This document shows, in pieces, positions 63,821 through 64,000 of a DNA stretch of 64,000 nucleotides (position 1 is the stretch's first letter; each line of letters opens with the position of its first letter). The DNA lies in the NCBI GenBank assembly GCA_947085185.1, contig CAMTVK010000003.1:128001-192000 (forward strand), given 5' to 3'. Source of the stretch: Candidatus Fraserbacteria bacterium. Its GTDB lineage: Bacteria; Bipolaricaulota; Bipolaricaulia; RBG-16-55-9; DRXL01. The notes beneath the pieces are model-generated. The model ran no database searches, was not told the origin of the DNA, and saw only the letters and a list, made by a program, of their open reading frames with translations. The position numbers and the translations under genes are program-made.

Positions 63821-64000
63821 ATGCACGCATTCGTGACTTCTACGATATTGGTTTTGATTGTCCTTGGAGCGCTGGCTCTCACGGCTAGTGGTATCTGGTG
63901 GCTCACCCCGCTCGCCTCGAACTGGGGTGAGATCGATTTTGCCCTCATTCTGACGCTTGGTGTCATCGGCACGGCGTTCGTGGTGCTCAATCTCTTTCTG
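63821..64000 (+). CDS. membrane protein, runs off the window
   Basis: MHAFVTSTILVLIVLGALAL...; open to the window end; SD GGGGAG. Confidence 0.6.
   Translation, partial: MHAFVTSTILVLIVLGALALTASGIWWLTPLASNWGEIDFALILTLGVIGTAFVVLNLFL

Overview
Bacterial chromosomal window, mostly housekeeping: tldD, ABC-2 exporter, ccdA, lnt, ligA, phoH, proS, uvrB, infA, nth, rarA, rpe, rnc, dprA, sppA, xseAB, infB, tRNA-Gln and tRNA-Arg. It also encodes many secreted or surface proteins (PKD, TolB, CARDB, DUF11, beta-helix, subtilase). The gene style suggests Bipolaricaulota/Acetothermia, but this is recall-based inference and was not tested. A decayed accessory patch lies at about 33.9-41.4 kb. No CRISPR array, rRNA, integrase or transposase was seen. 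Main candidates: (1) a three-gene non-cellulosomal cohesin-dockerin surface-display operon (DUF11 protein with dockerin and T9SS-like tail, cohesin lipoprotein, beta-rich exported protein) at 53.7-59.5 kb; (2) infA apparently starting at an AUA codon; (3) an rnc leader in which a ~26-bp hairpin encodes a uORF coupled to the rnc start; (4) an ECF sigma/CBM48 anti-sigma operon ending in a stand-alone propeptide-like gene and a large subtilase; (5) a dispersed ~95-bp palindromic element and heptamer repeats inside signal-peptide coding sequence; (6) a hicB-hicA' fusion inserted between 7-bp direct repeats. All family calls come from reading motifs by eye, without database searches.
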